From positions 108,190,001-108,254,000 of the forward strand of contig OX597818.1 of the NCBI GenBank assembly GCA_951406725.2: a stretch of DNA of 64,000 nt. Reading direction: 5' to 3'. Positions 13,493 through 25,336 of this stretch are shown here, one piece after another. The notes under the pieces were generated by a model, which saw only the letters and a list, made by a program, of their open reading frames with translations, searched no databases and was not told the origin of the DNA. Positions within the stretch are counted from its first letter, which is position 1. Each line of letters begins with the position of its first letter. This stretch comes from Octopus vulgaris (Eukaryota). Position numbers and translations under genes: made by a program.

Positions 13493-13872
13493 AACAAGAG
13501 CACTCAGAGGGCGCAAACCACCACCAGGGCAACACCAATGTCCTCTCAACGATTGGCCAGAGATGACTTTTAAAATGAGAATATCTGAAATAAACTCAAC
13601 GGCTCTCACAAACGAGAATACTAAAAATGAACATGACCACTCTCAAAAATGAAGTAAAAGTTAGGAAAAAATAATCCAGAATCCCTGTCCAGTACCAGAT
13701 TGATACCAGAATCTAATCAGTTTGTGTTGTACCAGTCATGAGGCCAAACATCCCTGAAAGTTTTATCCTAGTCCATCCATTGGTTCTTGAGATATCTTGT
13801 CCATGGACAAACAAACAAACAAACAAACATGACTGAAAATAACACCTCCACCTTAGCGAAGGTGGAGGTAAC
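13493..13872 (-). mobile_element. Non-autonomous Helentron (HINE/DINE-1-like)
   Basis: On the minus strand: 5' hairpin ttacctccaccttcgctaaggtggaggt, a (GTTT)n block, and a 3' end ggtttgcgccctctgagtgctcttgtt. A partial copy lies at 31500-31800. Confidence 0.75.
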
Positions 13873-14130
13873 AAGCTGGACCCGTGAAAACTTCATGGTA
13901 AACATAATAAAATGAAAGCATTTGTAAGTTGTACACTGGTGCCATGAGAAATGTTTCTATATTGTGACAGTTACAGAATATAGAAAGAAGTGTAAAACAG
14001 GTGACAATATAATCCAACCAAAATATCTCAGTTACACAAACATAAACAGAATTACTATTTAGCCTTAAAATACATCATAACATATTCAAAGAACCTTCTT
14101 GATGTTTAGTGTTACGGAATGTTCTTCTGG

Positions 14131-14405
14131 TATTCTTTTATTCTTTTACTTGTTTCAGTCATTTGATGGTGGCCATGCTGGAGCACCGCCCTTTAGTCGA
14201 AGAAATCGACTCCTGAACTTATTCCATGTAAGCCTGGTGCTTATTCTATCAGTCTCTTCTGCTGAACTGCTAAGTTATGGGGATGCAAACACATTAACAT
14301 CGTTGTCAAGAGATGTACTTCTCCAAAATGCCAAGCAATAGGACTGAACTAGGGACCACATGGTTCAAAAGCAAACTTCATAATGACACAGCAAGGCCTG
14401 CACCT
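14131..14405 (-). mobile_element. SINE family A, internally deleted
   Basis: Reverse complement of the family A 3' end (cttttacttgtttcagtcatttga..ggccatgctggagcaccgcc) plus a decayed head. Confidence 0.75.
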
Positions 14406-15658
14406 AATAGTTCCCTCAAAATTAGATCCATACACAGACACGCACACATGCATGCACACATACACACACATACACTCACACACACTCACACATACACACA
14501 CACATACACACTCACACACACACATACAAATAGAATGCCTGGTATGGAGAAATATTAATGAGTGATATTTTGACATCTTTTCCTTTCCTTCACTTCTTTC
14601 TCTCCTTCTCTCTCCCCCTCTCTCTCTCTTTCTCTTTCTTTTTCTTTCTCTGTAATACTAACACAGCCTCGTACCTCCCCCTCTCCCTCTTTCTCTTTCT
14701 CTCTCCCTCTCTCTCTCTCTCCTCTATATCAATGTGGCCCATGTTGGAAAATAAGATTAACAATGAGTTTGACAATATCCTAACACTTCCTCCCCCCCCC
14801 TTTCTAGCTTGGTGTTAGGAAATATGGATTAATAAGTAAAGAGATATTTCATATTTTACAACAGCCAGCTTCACTTGTTAAGCTAATTCCTCTCCTGACG
14901 AACCCCTCCACTCCTGGCCACCTCCACTCCTAACCACCTTTCTTACCAACATTCTTATTCTCCCTCGTTATCTCTCATATTTCATTTAGCATTTTATTAC
15001 CTCTGTTGTTCAAAAAATACATGGGTTTGATGACTCTGTAAAGTCAGACACCTGTAAGAATAGTTCGAAAGAGTATAACACAGTTGGAGATTTGCCAGAA
15101 TGCCACAGAATCTAGTGAAGTAGGTGTTATTTTTTATTATTTATTGTTTGATATCAATTTTTTTTTTATGTTGGCAGCAGGTGAGATATAAATAGATACA
15201 TTTTATAAATTGCAGATTTCCACAGAATTGATAATTATTTTTACAGTTTAGTGTCACTCTCATTTCTAGTTAATCAATAATTACAAGTGATGCCTAATTG
15301 TCAACCGAGCAGACTGAGGCAAGTAGAATTATGTACCTTGTTTATGAGTATAGTATAATAGTAGTATTAGTAAGTGCTTAATTAATGATCTTGTAGTGAC
15401 TTTACAGTACCTTAGCTCCACAATAAGTGTGCTATTTTGGTAAAAACCCATCCCAGAACTGAAACCATAACAAAAGGGATTGAAATGGTAATCAGGAATG
15501 ACATTTAAAAATTTTTCTTCTTCTTCTATGTCAACAGGAATAGTTACTTAGTAAAGGAGATCAAAGCTAGCTTGAGTCAGCAACTTGGTTTATAAGGAGG
15601 TGATTTGGAAGTTGTGCGAGCAGACTGAACTAAACTCATTACATATATTCAATATATA

Positions 15659-15821
15659 GGCGTAGGAGTGGCTGTGTGGTAAGTAGTTTGCTAACCAACC
15701 ACATGGTTCCAGGTTCAGTCCTACTGTGTACCCCCATGGGCGAGTGTCTTCTGTTATAGCCTAGGGCCAACCAAAGCCTTGTGAGTGGATTTGGTCGATG
15801 GAAACTGAAAGAAGCCCGTCG

Positions 15822-15882
<61 letters not shown>

Positions 15883-16098
15883 GTGTATGTGTGTTTGTGT
15901 GTCCGTATCTGTCCCCCCACCATCGCTTGACAACCAATGTTGGTGCGTTTACGTCTCCATAGCTTAGTGGTTCAGCAAAAGGGACTAATAGAATAAGTAC
16001 TAGCTTTACAAAGAATAAGTCCTGGGGGTGACTTGCTAGACTAAAAAGTGGTGCTCCAGCATGGCTACAGTCAAATGACTGAAACAAGTAAAAGAATA
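15659..16098 (+). mobile_element. SINE family A, full length
   Basis: Full-length similarity to the other family A copies. Confidence 0.9.
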
Positions 16099-16531
16099 AT
16101 ATCCTGAACTCAAATCCCTACAAAATGCTTTTCCTTTCGTCTGTGGTTCATAGAATACCTGTGATTAATTATCTGAAGAAAGGATTCAATTACTTAGATC
16201 CTGCACCAACCAAAATTCGCTTTGCTACTGCTTCATAGTATTTAGCAAGTATCTTTTATATATCTTATTGAGATAGCCTTTGTCTTTGTCCAATGACAGA
16301 AGATCTAAGCCCCTGGGGACAGAGACACTTTTCATACCTCGTCTTAATAAACAAACCTAACCAGCCAAATGAAATTTTACCACCTCTTCTCACCTGTGTC
16401 AGGGAGCAACTACCTCCTCTCACCCCCACATTGCTGTAACTCTGCCTCTTTTGTCTTTCAGTTGTCGTTCTACCAACCAAACATTGAGATTAATATAACT
16501 GATTATACGCTGTCCTGAAAGTCATGACATA

Positions 16532-16650
16532 GATATGTTTAAGTATAGCTGGATAAGAATTTGTGGCACTGATATGTTTAAACATACCTAGATGATTACT
16601 TGTGATATAGACTTGTTTAAGTATAGTTTTTTAGTAGTCTGTGGTCTGTA
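16532..16650. repeat. Degenerate 39-bp tandem repeat (3 units)
   Basis: ga(t/c)(a/t)tgtttaa recurs at 16532, 16571 and 16610. Confidence 0.6.
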
Positions 16651-17546
16651 GCTAAAATAGTCAAATGATCTATCTTGCCAGGAGTGTTATAGAGTAATCT
16701 CCCTTTAATAAGTTTCTCAGAAGATCCTACTTCACGAGAAGTAATTCTTAATTATTCAAGAAGCTTCACATTTCTCTTGGAAGTTTCTAGAATGTCTAAC
16801 ATTCCATTAATAAAAACAGCTTGCTAACCCTTCTCTTTGCTTCTTAGCTGACTAAACTCTGTGCCATTCATGTCGTTGCTATGTCCATCCATTTCTCTAT
16901 GCCACATGACTGAAAACCACCACTTAGCTGTTATTTCTACATTTCTGAACTTCTTCACATAGATTACTTCATTCAACTGGATTCTACATTTTGATTGTAT
17001 TTCATCGACAACCAATGAATAAAATACATCTTTATGGAGTAAATATATAGTTCTTAAATTTATTCTTCTTCTCTTAATATACATGCAGCCATTTCAATAA
17101 TTGATACTGAACAAATATTCAACACTACAGTTTGACGAAAATTTGTGACATTAATATGCCTAAGCAGTGAGTCGGACGAGACAATTGACATCTCTCTTAC
17201 CGTTTTCTTCATAAAAGAAGCATAAAAATGAAAAAGAAGTTTATATTGAAATCATGAGATCTAACTACAACTGCAGTCCTAACGTAATTCTTTCATTGTG
17301 GGATTGCAAAGACCTGTTACTTTTACAAATAATATTCGGTAAATTCGGTAGCAGATTTCTCACAAGCATCAGTATTAAGAATCTTTAAAGCTCTTTGAGA
17401 TCTTTTTGAGCTTCCCAATTTTTCTGAGATGGGTGCTATTCAAAGTAACCGGGATGATGATCATCATCATCATTACAAAATTAGTTTCCTGTTTTTCTTG
17501 ATGATTGACAGTTGTCCACCATAGACAAGAGATATTTTGGGTGGTC

Positions 17547-17730
17547 ACCGATTCTACTGTTCTATATTTAAGAGATGAGGAATTATTTCCATTATTTACA
17601 TTTGACGGATATTTGTCCTCACCTCGTTTGTTGTTAAGACGTTTCAGCTGATATACCCTCCAACCTTCATCAGGTGTCTTGAGGAAATTTCGAACCTGGG
17701 TTCTCATTCCTAAGGTATTTTTCAATGTTA

Positions 17731-17796
<66 letters not shown>

Positions 17797-18141
17797 TCAC
17801 TGCCTGGATTGAACTTGAAATCTTGGGGTTAGTACCTCATGCTCTTAACCATGATGCCATATGCTCATGGGAATATGGCATAGTGGTTAAGAGCACGGGC
17901 TGCTAACCCCAAGATTCCGAGTTCAATCCAGGTGGTGACCTGAATAATAATGATATAAATAATAATAATAATAATAACATTGAAAAATACCTTAAGAATG
18001 AGAACCCTGGTTCGAAATTTCTCCAAGGCACCTGATGAAAGCTTGGAGGGTGTATTAGCTGAAACGTGTTAACAACAAATAAGATGAGGACAAATATCCA
18101 TCAAATGTAAATAATGTAAATAATGTACCGATTCTACTGTT
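17547..18141. mobile_element. Head-to-head palindrome of a tRNA-headed, hammerhead-motif-bearing short retroelement with a 15-bp TSD
   Basis: Symmetry centre about 17867. Each arm reads outward: tRNA-like head (right arm A box tggcatagtgg 17876, B box gttcaatcc 17921), (TAA)n, then CTGATGA-stem-GAAAC. Direct repeat accgattctactgtt at 17547-17561 and 18127-18141. Confidence 0.85.
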
Positions 18142-18290
18142 GGCATCTTATGAAATTTACCTGCTCTGATTAAACAAACTTGAAATCAAAGATGTTTCAG
18201 GAGGATTTGGGTTCTGTCATAATGTATCGAGGACTGCATTACCAAATGTGTTCTTTTTTTAATTAGAGACAGTTATAATTTGTTTCTTAT

Positions 18291-18500
18291 TTTTTACTTG
18301 CTTCAGTCATTTGACTGAGGCCATGCTGGGGCACCACCTTGAAGAATGTTAGTCAAATGAATTGACCCTCAGACTTGGATTTTTAAAGCCTGATATTTAT
18401 TCTCAGTCTGTTTTGCTGAACTGCCAAGTTACAGGAACATAAACACACCAACACAGGTTGTGATGTGTTGGTTGAGGACAACACAGATGCCAAGACATAC
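18291..18500 (-). mobile_element. SINE family A 3' half, decayed
   Basis: ttttacttgcttcagtcatttgactgaggccatgctgg match. Confidence 0.7.
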
Positions 18501-18539
18501 ATACATACACACGCATGTGTGTGTATGTATATATATATT

Positions 18540-19384
18540 CTAGCAGAATTGTCCGGCATTGCTCAGGGCTGAATTGCTTGAAAGTACTGTTAATGATTGC
18601 ACTGAATTATGATGATTATTCAGGCAAATATTGATATAAGTTTACGGTGGGAGATAAGGACTTAACGATCAAACATGTGCCATTGCATTGTTTTGGGGGA
18701 ACCAAATTTCTGATGAGCATTATAGGGGCACCAACTTTAAGTTTGAGAAAGTGTGGTGGTAGTCCGGGGTGCTCAAAGGAATTGAGTACCTCTATTGGAT
18801 AGTTGATGACGTCCTCTGGGTCAGGAGTTGTATCGATAGACTGATATACATAGACTTCCCCAGGAATGAGTTTTAGCATTTCATCATTAATATGGTGAAC
18901 AGTTTTATTCCTCGAGGCCAGTATAGCCTTTTTGCCAATCCAATCCATATTCTGATAATTAGCTTGTAGATCTTGGAACACTGCATCTCTGAGATCAGAA
19001 GGCGTCTTAACAATGGTACAAATGGAATCGATGGCAATATTACCATTTTCATCCCCTGGTATTTTGCCTTCGCCAAGTGCAAGGAGGGTCTGAGGAAATG
19101 CTGCTGATGTGATATTACGTCGCATATGAGCACGCATATTGGTGTGAGGTTTGAGAGTTACTTCCCTTTATTTAAAAAAATATGCATTAAAATGGAAAAA
19201 AATGATGGTAAATTATTTGTAAAATCGTAGACTCATCGTAGACGCGCGCTAATACCCAGAAGGGCTCGATATGAATCACGACTATAAGATACCCGGTTTT
19301 GGTTAAACTGCATCGCAAAATGTGGGAGTAGTTAGGAATCTAAATCGGAGTAGACAGACACACAACCTTTCTTTTATATATAAA
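18540..19384 (-). mobile_element. Helitron derivative with a PIF1-type helicase fragment
   Basis: Minus-strand 3' end is a decayed hairpin ccctgagcaatgccgg followed by CTAG (18543-18540). The 5'-like end tttatatataaaag is near 19384. It shares an internal segment with the Helitron at 41496. Confidence 0.85.
18616..19140 (-). pseudogene. Helitron RepHel PIF1-like helicase fragment (173 aa)
   Basis: NMR..LLALGEG..KAILASRN..YQSIDT..YPIEVLNS..GLPPHFLKLKVGAPIMLIRNL..CNGT are characteristic PIF1/Helitron helicase motifs. Confidence 0.9.
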
Positions 19385-19902
19385 TATTTTCGTCCTAAAA
19401 AACTTTGTATGGATTGAATGGTTACCTCTATGGAAATATATACACGCACATTATACATACATGTGTGTATAGATGAATATATAAATACATTTAAATATCT
19501 ATATACACTTTTGGGCGATCTTTCTGTTTCTTAGAGATAACTTTAGATCTTATTTTCGTCCTAAAAAACTTTGTGCGGAGTGAATGGTTACGTCTATGGA
19601 AATATATACACACACATTATACATACATCTGTGTATAGATGAATATATAAATACATTTAAATATCTATATACACTTTTGGGCGATCTTTCTGCTACTTGT
19701 ATATACTTTAGATCTTATATTCGTCCTAAAAAACTTTGTATGGAGTGAAAGGTTACCTCTATGGAAATATATACACACACATTATACATACATCTGTGTA
19801 TAGATGAATATATAAATACATTTAAATATCTATATACACTTTTGGGCGATCTTTCTGCTACTTGGAAATACTTTAGGTCTTATATTCGTCCTAAAAAACT
19901 TT
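19385..19902. repeat. About 165-bp tandem repeat (3 units + partial)
   Basis: cgtcctaaaaaacttt at 19391, 19557, 19722 and 19887. Confidence 0.95.
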
Positions 19903-20430
19903 CCTGTCACACACTCACACACATGCACACACACACACACACATACACATGCACCCTCACACACACACACACGCACACACACACACACACTCACACACAC
20001 GCACACACACACACACACACACGTTAGCTTACAATTTTATTTATATATTTGCGTGTCTATGTGTGTAAAGAGGAAGTGGGAATGCAGAGTGAAAGAGTCA
20101 CTCACTACAAAAAGTGAATTACTTTCACTTTAATCGTTGGGAGAAATTAGGGTGATAGCGTCAGTGAAACAGTTCGCTCCGTTTGTGTGTGTGTGCGTGT
20201 GTGTGTGCTGTAGCCCACACTAAGAAAAGCATTTGACTTAGACACCACAATGTGAGTTTTCTCTAAATTTTGCTTAATTGGGGTTGAAATTTTAAAAACT
20301 GGACCTGGCACGACCCGATGCATTCTACTCTTAAAAATGCTAGGTAAATTGTAATTGAAGAAATCCTATATTGTAGATTTCTATAAGAGACAAAGGGAGG
20401 CAGATAAAATCTGCCTTTTATAATAAGAGA
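19385..20430 (-). mobile_element. Second Helitron 5' portion carrying the 165-bp array
   Basis: Minus-strand A|TCTCTTATTATAAAAGGCAG at 20430 resembles a Helitron 5'-TC end, in the same orientation as the 18540 3' end. Confidence 0.55.
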
Positions 20431-20479
20431 TATATGGAAAAAAAGTCAAGGTAGAAAATGCTAAAATAATTTTATAAAA

Positions 20480-20528
20480 CACTTTTCAGTACTGGTTTCA
20501 GTCATTGAGACTTTTTCAACTGTAAGTA
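20480..20528 (-). ncRNA. Minimal type I hammerhead ribozyme with U3-A8 covariation
   Basis: tactta-cag UUGAAAA aguc-ucaau-gacu GAAAC ca GUA cug-aa-aagug. Stems I and II, a 2-bp stem III and a GUA cleavage triplet are all present. Folded by eye. Confidence 0.7.
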
Positions 20529-20776
20529 TGGAAAACAATTAAATTTGGGAAAAATTAAATGAAAAGAACTTTAAAAGAATATTTGCATAGTATACAAGGG
20601 GTATTTTTCTTGTTTTTGCTTGTTTCTGTTTCTCTTGTGGGTTCAAGATTGAACCCATAAAAGTAAACAAGAGAGACAGAGACAGGCAGAAACAAGGAAA
20701 ATGCCCCTTGAATACTATGCAAATATTCTGTTAAAAAACTTTGCATTTAATTTTTCCAAAATTTAACTGTTTTCCA

Positions 20777-20825
20777 TACTTACAGTTGAAAAAGTCTCAA
20801 TGACTGGAACCGGTACTGAAAAGTG
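20777..20825 (+). ncRNA. Mirror hammerhead copy (GAAA>GGAA, likely inactive)
   Basis: cag ttgaaaa agtc tcaat gact ggaa ccgg ta ctg. The palindromic stem III accggt is retained. Confidence 0.6.
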
Positions 20826-20921
20826 TTTTATAAAATTATTTTAGCATTTTCTACCTTGACTTTTTTTCCATATATATCAACTCGTGTGCTCCTTTTCAAT
20901 CTTATATATATATATATATAT

Positions 20922-21171
20922 ATGAGCAAGACACTTCACTTCACGCTGCTCCAGTTAACTCAGCTGTAGAAATGAGTTGCGACGTCACGGGTGCCAAGCT
21001 GTATTGCCCCCCTTGCCTTTCCCTTGGATAACACTGGTGGCATGGAGAGGGGAGACCGGTATGCATGGGCGACTGCTGGTCTTCCATAAACCACCTTGCC
21101 CAGACTTGTGACTAGGAGGGTAACTTTCTAGGTGCAATCCCATGGTCAGTGTCGTGACCGGAGGGGGTCTT
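20922..21171 (+). mobile_element. 5'-truncated SINE body (central domain shared with the 4843-4890 copy)
   Basis: tgagcaagacacttcacttcacgctgctccagttaactcagctgta, flanked by (TA)n. Confidence 0.6.
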
Positions 21172-21173
21172 GA

Positions 21174-21204
<31 letters not shown>

Positions 21205-21205
<1 letters not shown>

Positions 21206-21770
21206 TGGGTTGTCCAGAAAGTTCGTGCTAATTTTTAAAGGAAAGAAAAAGGTCACTAAATACTTGCCATTATATTTTTAATCAACCAAATATGAACCAT
21301 TTTGTTGCACAATGCGTCTACATCTTTCCTTTAACTTGAAAAAACCTACTTCCCAGAATTGAGGTGGTTTCAAGGCAAAGAATTCATCAAGGTATCTTTT
21401 TACGTCCTCCGGGGAATTGAAATTTTTACCATTAAGACTATTCTGCAGAGACCTGAATAAGTGGAAATCCGAAGGAGCAATATCTGGTCAATATGAAGAG
21501 TGGGGTAACACATCCCAGCCGAGCTGCAGCAATTTTTGTTTGGTTCCCAAAGCATCAAGTGCCAAAAATGAACTTTCTTATCTTCCATTTTAAAGGGTTA
21601 CAGAATTAACACAGGTTATAGGAACATAAACCTTCTTCTACAAAAAGACAGCTTAAACTGTGCTCTAAATGGAGGTGTAGTCAAAGCCTATTTTATGGAC
21701 TCAACCATGTTCTAAAATAAGTCGAAAGATAAGCTGCTACTAATCGGCACGAACTTTCTGGACAACCCAA
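21205..21770 (-). mobile_element. Complete non-autonomous mariner (566 bp, internal deletion)
   Basis: 24-bp perfect TIRs ttgggttgtccagaaagttcgtgc / gcacgaactttctggacaacccaa with TA on both sides. The N-terminus MEDKKVHFWHLML is joined to the C-terminal GWDVLPH..PDIAPSDFHLFRSLQN. Confidence 0.95.
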
Positions 21771-21789
21771 TATATATATATATATATAT

Positions 21790-21963
21790 ATGTATGTATA
21801 TATATGTATATATACAATGAGCTTCTTTCAGTTTCCATCTACCAAATCCACTTACAAGGTTTTGGTTTGGTTTGTAGTTATAGTAGAAGACACTTGCCAT
21901 GCAGTGGGATTGAACTGGCACCCATGTGAAGCAAACTTCTTACCACACAGCCACGTTTGCACC
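21790..21963 (-). mobile_element. SINE family A 5' half
   Basis: Reverse complement of the family A head. Confidence 0.75.
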
Positions 21964-23583
21964 TTTCAAGGAAGTTTTGTAGCAATTTCTGAGAGAGGGG
22001 CTTCTTTTTTTTTTGGCTCATTAATGTGGGGTTTTTTTTTTCTTCTTTTCTGGAATAGTGTTTATTTGTGTTTGGACATTGTAGTTTGAGGGTGTTTGTG
22101 GGTGGAACCAGGTGAAAGATTTGAATTGTGCACAGCACAATACGCAATTAGATTGTTAATTTTACAGCTAGAGATTCTTGAAATGGTTATTCATCTATGA
22201 AGCAGTCTGCTTCACTTGAGCTTAACTTCAATGCTTTTGGTGATTTTGGCAGCAACTGGTGATTATCAGCAAATAATAAATAATCTCATAATATGAGGAG
22301 AAGGGAGAGGATTGAGGAGGGAAAAGGTGGGAGGGCGGGGGGAAGAGGGGGAGGGGGAGTATAGTCGATTTCATTTATGATGAGATGTGGGTCAAGCTTT
22401 AGGAAATATATCTGTTATATCAAATGCTGAAACAGATGATAATTAATCTGGCTTACTCACCAATATAATGATATCTATTGGTGAGAGGTTAAAATATACA
22501 CTGAGAATAATTTCAATATTCATTTGGATGCAGTTCTAATTAATTAATTCATTTGAATCTATCATGATAATATTGTCTGTGTTTGGCACATCAGGTCATA
22601 TTAATATTCTTATCGAGTGCAAATAGAATTCAAATTTACATCATTGTCGTTCTTGCAGTTGTTGTAATTATTGTCTTCTGCTTTTATACTTGTTGTTATC
22701 GATAGGGCGATGGGGGTGGTTGCCGTGACAATAATATTGCTTATTAATGCTTATGGTGTCGGTGGTGGTGGTGGTGGTGGGGTTCTTGTTGGTGTCAATA
22801 AGTGATGTAGATTCTTTGTTGTTGATTTATAATGGGTGCCAGGGATGGCTTCTCTTTCCATTCTTCAGAGAATCAAGAAAATAAGTACCAGTGATTGACT
22901 GAGGCTGGTTCAATTAACTCTATGCTTCCCTAACAAATATTTAGCCTTTACCTCTGGAAGAAATCTATATCGGTTGCAGTTGTTGATATTATTAAAGTTG
23001 TTGTTGTCGTTGTTGTTGTAGTTATGAGTAACAATATATCAATATATTTGTTATTACCTCTATTGTCAACAATTTCTATCTTGTTGTTGTTATTGCTGTT
23101 GTTGATGCTGCAAGCATTGTTACTAATATTGCCATTAGTGTTGTTGGGACTCCTTGGTCATCTTAGTAATATTGTTGTTCAAGTCATCAACATCCATATC
23201 ATTATCATTGTTGCGGTTGTTGCTGTTGTCATCAAAAGAATACATTGAAGATCTCCCCCAACCCTACCCCCCACCACACACACACACACACACCAATCCT
23301 TCCATCATCCAACATGTGAAAGGAGAGTCCATTTGTGAGTATTATAGCCATTAAGACACTCACTACTTATATTGACAAAACAGTAATGGAATATTCAGCG
23401 TGCAAATAAATTTCCATATGAATCCCTCGAGTAAAATTATCACCAGTTTTAAACTAATACCAAAGCGAAATTAGTCTTTATTACTGAATTATTAGTCTAC
23501 TAATAGTGACTAAAGAAAATTATTCAGTTCAGTCACTCTTTCACAGTGTTTTAGTTAATTGTATTCACAATGTGTGCATAATA

Positions 23584-23615
<32 letters not shown>

Positions 23616-25234
23616 AACAATGATGGTGATGTTGATGATGATGGCTTTTTTATTTATTTGTCATTGGATCACATGAACAATAAAAGTGAATCAAATAAAA
23701 AAAATATCCTCATAACACCAAATAAGTGCTCGAAAAGATTTCTATAATTATAATAGCTGTCTGTTTGTCTGTCTGTCTGTCTCTATCTTCATGATTGTCT
23801 TCATCAATAAAGTTTTTGAGGTAGACCATGTGATTTACTAGAAATTACCACCAAATCATCCCATAGAACCATAAATAATGCAGGGCAATACCTGATACGT
23901 CAAAGATGGAATGGTCACAACAGGATTGTTTTATTTGCAATATGGCTGCCATGAACTTAAACTGTAACAAAATAACAGCATCATGTTTCCACATGGGTTG
24001 GTTGTGTCTGTTGTCCAAAAAATCTCCTCTTTTCACTAAGACAACATCTAGTAATCAGACATCGTCTTCGTAATCAAAATTGCTTTTTTTCCCTTCTTTG
24101 GCTGCCTTCCATTACTCTCTTACCCGTTTTCTAATGTCCATGTACATTACAAATCTGTTTCTTACATTTATTTACCCTGCATGCTTCTTAGCTCTATACT
24201 TTTCTCACACCTCCATAAGATCATGTACTCATCACATTCCTGTGGCTCCATGTTACACTGGCATACAGCATTTCATTTCTTACTTATGCTTCATTCAGCT
24301 TGCCTTTCACTTCAAGAGAGAAACCAAGAGAAACAATAGCTCCTTTATGTTCTACTCCTTCCTTACTCTTGCTACAATACTCTCCCTACAACCATAACCT
24401 GCATTCTAAATTGAAGAATTTACCACATTATATAAGCATACTATCAACAAGCAAATAAGAGAACTCCCATGTATTCCCCTCACCAGCTACTAATAGTAAC
24501 TAAACCTCCCTCAAATCACACCTTCCCATCTTAATGGTTGTTTGAAAACATAACAGTACGAACGAGTGTATCCCTGTAACATGTTTAGACATGCATGAAA
24601 GTTATATATTCTAGAATGATGCTGTTTAACTTCTTTTCGAAATTGCTGTGTCCTACATATCACAGCATTTTATACAGCTGGGGTAGGGAATCCTTTTGGT
24701 GTTATGAATGAAGTGCAAATGCAAGAGCACTTGTTGTGGCCTGTTTGAGCTGAGTAAAATAAGGAATCTTTTATTTGATAGTCATAGGATACTTAACTTA
24801 AATTACAATTTCATTCTTACAACTTAAATTATTCTTTTCGCCTACAGGTGAATAAGTTCTTCACTGCTGATAAGAGAGTTAATGTTGTTCTAGTCTGATT
24901 ATGTTTTAATAATTGATAATGATAGGTGTCTCCTTATGCCCCAGACAGGATACAAGTTTGTTTCACGATAAAATAACGGATACATGTTCATTACAAGTAA
25001 ATTAACTCATGTGTATAGAGATTAGTGGTTATATATCTGCTGTATAGTCATTAGCTGTTCATTAGAACTAAATTAACTCACGCATATACAGACTAGTGAA
25101 TATATACCTGTTCATTAATGCTAGATTAACTCAAGTACATACAGTCTGGCAGTTTTAAACTTATAAACTGTAAGTAACTTACACACTTGTGCAATTTTCA
25201 CCTCCACCTTTTATTTTTTGGCAATCAATCACAG

Positions 25235-25336
25235 GAGGAATTGTAGCAGCCTTGATGTCTTTTAAAGTCTTTGATAATGGCAGAAGGAACAGAAGAAGTT
25301 CTTCTCTTACCAGAGACATGAGCCGAAAGCTAACAG
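25235..25336 (+). CDS. Candidate internal exon (102 bp, phase 1-1) of an unidentified host gene
   Basis: Pyrimidine tract plus cacag acceptor, and ACAG|gtgagc donor. Only the phase-1 frame is open (GIVAALMSFKVFDNGRRNRRSSSLTRDMSRKLT). No homology recognised. Confidence 0.3.

Larger units (their letters stand above)
20431..20903. mobile_element. Head-to-head palindrome of a hammerhead-bearing (Penelope pLTR-like) element
   Basis: Inverted arms of about 208 bp (20431-20638 / 20667-20874), a spacer with its own hairpin, and a tail of about 29 nt on the right arm only. Confidence 0.85.

Noticed and set aside
17869-17940. Functional tRNA-Ser gene
   Set aside because: There is no clear acceptor stem or long variable arm, the mirror copy differs at the anticodon, and it is embedded in a repeat.
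19385-19902. 165-bp and 19-bp arrays as CRISPR
   Set aside because: They are contiguous tandem units with no unique spacers, no cas genes and a eukaryotic context.
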